In this document: positions 59,086 to 64,000 of the stretch, piece by piece | Layout: the number at the start of each line of letters is the position of its first letter | Numbering within the stretch: position 1 is the first letter of the stretch | Assembly: GCA_048882045.1 (NCBI GenBank) | Contig: JBHLRZ010000013.1 | Span: 1 to 64,000 of the forward strand | DNA length: 64,000 bases | Source of the DNA: Candidatus Thorarchaeota archaeon | GTDB taxonomy: Archaea; Asgardarchaeota; Thorarchaeia; Thorarchaeales; Thorarchaeaceae | Direction: 5' to 3' | Translations under genes and position numbers: made by a program | Notes under the pieces: model-generated | Databases searched by the model: none | What the model saw: only the letters and a program-made list of their open reading frames with translations | What the model was told of the DNA's origin: nothing

Positions 59086-59559
59086 CTACCCAATTACGAC
59101 CTCAGAGTTTAGATAAACCGGGCACTTCATGGAGTTGGCTACGAGACAATATCTGTGTGCCCTCTCTGCAGCCTTCTCCATTTTCTTCCTGTCTTTCTCG
59201 TTTGTCACAATGATCTTTGAATTCATGGTAATTTGATTGAACTCCCAACCGTACTCAGCCATAGCAAGAGTACCTGTTGCACTGATATGAAAATCCTTGA
59301 ACTCCGCGTGGTAACGCTTTGCCACTCCAGACAATGAGACTCCATAGCAAGCCACAGCTGATGCAACAAACAGATCCTCTGGTGAGAGGAGTTCTTTTGG
59401 ACTCTCAGGCCAAAAGTCAGGAGGCGTGGCAATGTGGAATTCTTCTTTTCCTTCAATGTCAATCGTAACAATCTTCTCTTTGACCCATTTACTAGTCAGT
59501 GTGTATACATGTTCTTCTTCTGAATTATCGGACATGGAAACTTCCCCATCCCTACTCAT
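59086..59559 (-). CDS. OsmC/Ohr-family protein
   Basis: SPEDLFVASAVAC ... AHRYCLVANSM. Confidence 0.85.
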   Translation of the reverse strand: MSRDGEVSMSDNSEEEHVYTLTSKWVKEKIVTIDIEGKEEFHIATPPDFWPESPKELLSPEDLFVASAVACYGVSLSGVAKRYHAEFKDFHISATGTLAMAEYGWEFNQITMNSKIIVTNEKDRKKMEKAAERAHRYCLVANSMKCPVYLNSEVVIG

Positions 59560-59588
59560 TGAATAGCATTGCGCTAGGGCAAATCAAT

Positions 59589-59610
59589 GAAGTGTAACAC
59601 TCTACACTTC
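59589..59610. promoter_or_regulatory. Perfect 8-bp inverted repeat, putative operator upstream of osmC
   Basis: GAAGTGTA-acactc-TACACTTC. Confidence 0.45.
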
Positions 59611-59612
59611 CA

Positions 59613-59800
59613 AGGGTGAGGCTTATTAGGAACTTCTTCATTAGAAAACTTGGTGGTCAGGCGGCTGATGAGGCAATATTTTCTGTAACATGCCCTCATA
59701 AGCCTGAGGAGACTTCCTCCTGGCTGAGGAAAACTCCCCCCCTCCTACCATTTGCCTTTCGGCTCTGGCCACCAACCTATCGGGGGGTGTTACAGAAAGT
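59613..59800 (+). ncRNA. Candidate structured non-coding RNA or cis-element (unassigned; strand tentative)
   Basis: Multiple long complementary segments (see findings); G-U wobbles favour the + strand. Confidence 0.4.
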
Positions 59801-59821
59801 AACTCATTCTATGTTAGAGTT

Positions 59822-59859
59822 TTCAAAAAGGAGAAAGTGGTGCTGCTGGATGCAGCACC
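59822..59859 (-). terminator. Hairpin plus pyrimidine/U-tract terminator after the vWA gene
   Basis: Minus strand GGTGCTGC-atcca-GCAGCACC followed by ACTTTCTCCTTTTTG. Confidence 0.55.
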
Positions 59860-59867
59860 TTAGGAGA

Positions 59868-60761
59868 TTATTTTCCTGACTTCGATTTTAACTGTCGAAC
59901 AGCTTCTCGTATGTCATCCTCATCGATTTCCTGTTCTTCCACAGCTAAATCTTCCATTCGTGCTGCAGGTGCGGAAGCAGACATTGTGCCCATGGCTCTC
60001 TTCTTGACACCCTTAGCTTGGACTCTCGCAACAATCTCAGAGATTTTATCCTCAGTGAATTCTTCGTCAGCAGGGAATTCGTCCATGCCAACTCCGAGGT
60101 CTTCAAGGATTGACTTCTGAATTGCAATCTTGTCAATTTCCTCCACTGCAAGACCAGTGATGATTTTGACAAGTAACTCAGCTTTCTCCAAGGGGATGAA
60201 TCTCCCCTGAGAGTCAGCAGCAATTTTCTCGTAAGTTTGCACACCTTTCTCGTAAGAGGCTATCTCTGGGAAGCATCCAACAGTGTGGATCACTATTCCC
60301 TTTCCGAATGCTCTCTTTGCCTCTTCAGTCCATTTGGCCCCATCAGGTGTTCCCTTTGGCCATTGGTCTCCAGATTCAACTCCATGTGGCGGCGCATCGC
60401 CGATGAGCACTGCAATCTTAGCGGACTCATTGAGAAATTCCATCTTGTTCATGACTTGTAGTGCAGTTGAAATAGCCTCAGGTCCGTCGCCACCGCCTGA
60501 TGCATCCATCTGCATGACATAACTCTCAATCTTTGAAGTGTCAGGCGTGAGTTCATATTTCTGAGTGACATAGGTTGTTTCCTGAGGAGGATGGTCGCGG
60601 TATGAAACTAGACCAACTCTCAGTCTGTGGACCATCTCCTCCTTCTTGATTGTACGAATAATCTCCAAAATCTTTGTTTTGACGTTCTGTATGTATGGCC
60701 CCATAGATCCAGTATTGTCCACGACGAATACTAAGTCAAGTTGCCCTAATTTTTCTGACAA
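59868..60761 (-). CDS. von Willebrand factor A (vWA) domain protein
   Basis: DLVFVVDNTGSM MIDAS, YRDH, GGGDGPEA, IGDAPPHG. Confidence 0.88.
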   Translation of the reverse strand: MSEKLGQLDLVFVVDNTGSMGPYIQNVKTKILEIIRTIKKEEMVHRLRVGLVSYRDHPPQETTYVTQKYELTPDTSKIESYVMQMDASGGGDGPEAISTALQVMNKMEFLNESAKIAVLIGDAPPHGVESGDQWPKGTPDGAKWTEEAKRAFGKGIVIHTVGCFPEIASYEKGVQTYEKIAADSQGRFIPLEKAELLVKIITGLAVEEIDKIAIQKSILEDLGVGMDEFPADEEFTEDKISEIVARVQAKGVKKRAMGTMSASAPAARMEDLAVEEQEIDEDDIREAVRQLKSKSGK

Positions 60762-60898
60762 TTTTAACTCCTCTTTAGCATGCTATTGAACTGCAAAAAC
60801 AAAGTAGTGGTTGCAGACAATATTGGCGGATTCCTGTCGTGAGTACTGATAAGTCTTGGCACAAGTTTCCTACAGTTTAAAGGCGTTAAATCAATCAA

Positions 60899-61600
60899 AT
60901 GGCCATGCAGATATTCAGCGAGCAACCAATTAGGGATTTCATACTAATCCACGTTATCTTCGCAATCCTTGCAGCCATAACTCTTCTAGTGCCCATTCCA
61001 ACTGCTACAATCAGCGGCAAGATGCTTGTATTAGTGCTAGTCTATAATGGTTTAGTTGTCCTCGAATTCTTTGGAAGAGGGTATGAGGACTGGAAGAACA
61101 TTTGGATCTTTGTGTTCATTCTGAGTCTTCTCATGGTATTTCCAGACTGGTATCTTGCAGAAACACTGGGAGCTCTTCAATTTCCAGACGACGGATTTCC
61201 TATGATTGGAGGAGCCATCCCTTTCTATATGGCTGGACTGTGGGCGATTCCATTCTTCATTATCGTTTTCTTGGGGAAAGAGGTTCAGAACAGGAAATCT
61301 CAGTCACTCGCATATGTTGTTGTGTCTGTGGTTTCAGTCCTAATATTCGTCATGGCAGAGCTGATACTGGTGAACCTTCCCTCTTGGTCAGCGACTGTGA
61401 TCGGTATGACTGGGAACCTTGCATGGTACATCATCATTCCAGAGTTGATTCTTGGCCTGTCAACCTTCATTTGCTATAACATTGTGAAGGACTCTGGGAT
61501 ATGGATGAAGATAGTAGGTGCATTTACAGTAATGATCTTCTATCTTGGAAACGCGAGTTTCTTCTACTTCATTATTGAGAAATTGTTACTCGGTAGCTAA
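60899..61600 (+). CDS. Multi-pass membrane protein
   Basis: About 7 TM; FPDWYL, PFYMAGLWAIP. Confidence 0.6.
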   Translation: MAMQIFSEQPIRDFILIHVIFAILAAITLLVPIPTATISGKMLVLVLVYNGLVVLEFFGRGYEDWKNIWIFVFILSLLMVFPDWYLAETLGALQFPDDGFPMIGGAIPFYMAGLWAIPFFIIVFLGKEVQNRKSQSLAYVVVSVVSVLIFVMAELILVNLPSWSATVIGMTGNLAWYIIIPELILGLSTFICYNIVKDSGIWMKIVGAFTVMIFYLGNASFFYFIIEKLLLGS

Positions 61601-61602
61601 GG

Positions 61603-63267
61603 TCAATCTCTGAAATGATTGACAATCGGCATCTTCCAGCCCATCCCGAATGACTTTTTGGTAATACGGATGCATGGAGGTGCCTGCCACCTTTTGTACT
61701 CAGACAAACGGATTCTTCTGTAGACATCTTCGACCATTTCTTTGGGATAACCCATTTCCAGAAGCTCTAGCTTCCCTCGTCTGTTTTCCACAATCTCATC
61801 AACCATCGGACTTACAATATCAAAGTCAAATGGGTCAAATTGGTCCTCCTTTAATTCAGCAGAGGGTTTCTTGGTGATTGAGCCCTCTGGAATAACTTGT
61901 TTCCCTGCTTTTCGGTTAACATATTCTGAGAGATCATAGACTTCAAGCTTGCTAACATCTCCAATAGCACCAACTCCCCCAGTCATATCGCCATAAAGAG
62001 TACAATACCCTAAAGCAATCTCAGTTTTATTACCTGTATTGAGAACAAGAATTCTGAGTTCCTTTAGTCGATTGGATATGTCCATCAATATATTTCCCCG
62101 AGTTCTTGGTTGAATATTCTCATCTGCAACAGGGTCATCTTGAGAGATGTCAATACCAAAATGACTACGCAAATCAGCTAGTGGAATATTCCATGTTGAA
62201 TGGTATGTATTGACAATTTCTTGGATTGGCATTTGGATGTACTTGATCCCAAGATTTTCTGCTAGCAACTCAGCATCGCTCTTTGAATGACCACTGGAGT
62301 ATTTGGATGGCATTGATACACCAATCACATTCTCAGGACCTAACGCATCCACAGCTATGCAAGCAGTTAACGAAGAATCAATTCCTCCACTAAGCCCAAG
62401 AACAGCTTTTTTGAATCCAGTCTTTCTGAAGTAGTCTTTGATTCCCAAGACCAAAGCATTGTACATCTCTGCATCTTCATCATAACTTGGTCTAGTAATT
62501 GGTACTCCTTCACCTGTGTTGATATCCACATCTGTCACAACGAGGTCTTCCTCAAACTGAGAGCCAAGAGCAATTAGATGGCCCTTAGAGTCAACAGCCA
62601 CACTACAGCCATCAAATACAAGCTCATCCTGCCCTCCGACAATGTTGACAAGGAAAACTGGTGTCTTGTTCTTTGTGGCCTTGTCACGAACTAATCTTTC
62701 ACGTTCGAACTGCTTTCCAACATGAAAAGGGGAGGAGGAGATATTGATGATTAGCTGCGCACCTTTGGAACAGAGAATATCTGTAACTTTTTCATCATAA
62801 GCTTCATCCCAAAGATCTTCACATATTTCAACACCAAGAGTTAGCTCTAATTCTTTGGTTTTGACCTTGACGGGAGTCATGCTCTCACCCGGCTCAAAAT
62901 AACGCTCCTCGTCAAACACATCGTATGTTGGGAGCAGTGTCTTATGAATAACATACTGTAAACTACCATTCTCAAATACTGCGGCAGCATTATACAGAAG
63001 ACCTTCGTCATCAGAGTCTACGAAACCAACTATTGCAATGGTCCCATGTGTAAAATCTGCCAAAGATTCGATAGCATCATGATTTGCTGTAATGAAGGCA
63101 CTCTCATGCAACAGGTCTTGGGGAGGATATCCTGTAATAACCATCTCAGGAAATGCTACGATATCAGCATCTAGATCTTTACTCTCCTTGAGCTTTTCAA
63201 TGACTTTAGCGAGATTGCCCTTGATATCACCGACGATTGGATTGATCTGAGCCATAGCTACCTTCAT
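61603..63267 (-). CDS. nadE: Glutamine-dependent NAD+ synthetase
   Basis: Nitrilase domain (FPE, K.LLP.Y.VFDE.RYF, ICEDLW) plus GLSGGIDS, ENIQ.R.RG, TGNKTE, PSAEL. Confidence 0.95.
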   Translation of the reverse strand: MKVAMAQINPIVGDIKGNLAKVIEKLKESKDLDADIVAFPEMVITGYPPQDLLHESAFITANHDAIESLADFTHGTIAIVGFVDSDDEGLLYNAAAVFENGSLQYVIHKTLLPTYDVFDEERYFEPGESMTPVKVKTKELELTLGVEICEDLWDEAYDEKVTDILCSKGAQLIINISSSPFHVGKQFERERLVRDKATKNKTPVFLVNIVGGQDELVFDGCSVAVDSKGHLIALGSQFEEDLVVTDVDINTGEGVPITRPSYDEDAEMYNALVLGIKDYFRKTGFKKAVLGLSGGIDSSLTACIAVDALGPENVIGVSMPSKYSSGHSKSDAELLAENLGIKYIQMPIQEIVNTYHSTWNIPLADLRSHFGIDISQDDPVADENIQPRTRGNILMDISNRLKELRILVLNTGNKTEIALGYCTLYGDMTGGVGAIGDVSKLEVYDLSEYVNRKAGKQVIPEGSITKKPSAELKEDQFDPFDFDIVSPMVDEIVENRRGKLELLEMGYPKEMVEDVYRRIRLSEYKRWQAPPCIRITKKSFGMGWKMPIVNHFRD

Positions 63268-63394
63268 CTCAGGACCACCATTCTTTACGGCATCACAAAC
63301 GAGTAAAGACTTTTGTCCTGAGAGAGGTAAGTGGAAGACTTCCAGTTGGAAGAGATTCTACAGAAATACAACATAAACCAAGTCTGCGTTGAAT

Positions 63395-64000
63395 CTAGCT
63401 GGCCCTAGGTAGCCAAAGACGAAAAGCAGCACCCTGTGAATAATCACCCTCTACCCGATCAAGAATATCAAAATACCCTCTATATTTATTGGCAATCTGA
63501 ATGCATTGGAGTATTCCAACCCCGCCTGCACGACGATCAGGATTCATCAGATTCCTTTTATGGTCATCAGTGATTCCTGGGCCATTGTCTGAAATTGTCA
63601 ACTCGTAGCCATCACCTGATTCTCTCAAGTAGACCCAGATCTGTTTCTCATCAGACTCATTATGCTTCTCTGCATTAGAGAGAACATTTGTAATCAAATG
63701 ACTTAGAAAATTATCAGCCTGAGTCACAGCCTTCTTTACTTCTATTTTGGTATCAATTGCCACTCCTTTGTGGAGTTCCTTGAATAACTCAATGCAATTC
63801 TTCAATGTGAAATCGATAGATGTTATTTCCAAAGGTGTAGTGAGTAAAGATGCGGTGGTTTGAACAGAACGGATCAAATCACTGCATGCAGTGACTGACT
63901 CTGCGATATTATCGAGAAGATCGAGTTTGTTAGAATCGGTTTCATCGACAGAGAGAAGATCTGATGCGATAATAATAGCCTGAAGATAGTTTCTGATGTC
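63395..64000 (-). CDS. Sensor histidine kinase, C-terminal part (extends beyond the window)
   Basis: Frame is open to 64000, reading DIRNYLQAII (HisKA H-box region); NVLSNA.KH, DNGPGI, GGVG, GAAF. Confidence 0.88.
   Translation of the reverse strand, partial: DIRNYLQAIIIASDLLSVDETDSNKLDLLDNIAESVTACSDLIRSVQTTASLLTTPLEITSIDFTLKNCIELFKELHKGVAIDTKIEVKKAVTQADNFLSHLITNVLSNAEKHNESDEKQIWVYLRESGDGYELTISDNGPGITDDHKRNLMNPDRRAGGVGILQCIQIANKYRGYFDILDRVEGDYSQGAAFRLWLPRAS

Noticed and set aside
59665-59727. CTGATGA suggesting a hammerhead core or box C/D sRNA (CTGA at 59704 and 59724)
   Set aside because: No GAAA directly after stem II for a hammerhead; box spacing is atypical for an archaeal C/D guide
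59720-59800. RNase P RNA-like words (GAGGAAAACTCCCC, GTGTTACAGAAA, GGCTTAT)
   Set aside because: Order and spacing are wrong (GGCTTAT lies upstream, no CR-IV/V downstream) and there is too little room; left as an unassigned structured element pending an Rfam search
59616-59879. 87-aa + strand ORF
   Set aside because: No protein-like features; overlaps the terminator and the structured region

Overview
Archaeal chromosomal segment, gene-dense, with GGTGA-type RBSs, TATA-like promoters and an intron-less tRNA-Ala(UGC). Longin-like domains, giant N-glycosylation-rich Ig-like surface proteins, ZPR1 and DUF2070-like genes suggest an Asgard archaeon (Thorarchaeia-like); this is an inference. Housekeeping and metabolic genes: partial hppA, ilvC, ubiX, porDAB, nitrilase, thiolase/DUF35, acyl-CoA dehydrogenase, LeuA-family synthase, nadE, two OsmC genes, a PadR-regulated heterodimeric ABC exporter and a partial histidine kinase. 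No mobile element, CRISPR array or rRNA was seen. Most interesting: (1) two paralogous proteins built of eight alternating CxxC..CxxGH / CxxC..CPxHG metal-ribbon repeats, fused to a coatomer/adaptin-appendage-like module; (2) a giant Ig-like surface protein pair, one member receptor-like with a cytoplasmic longin domain, plus a stand-alone longin protein resembling NPRL2; (3) an extensively base-paired ~190-nt intergenic element near the osmC genes; (4) several pseudo-enzymes (HD, LarA, two of three M28 peptidases); (5) three tandem cold-shock-like OB-fold miniproteins. Family calls come from motif recognition by eye, not database searches.
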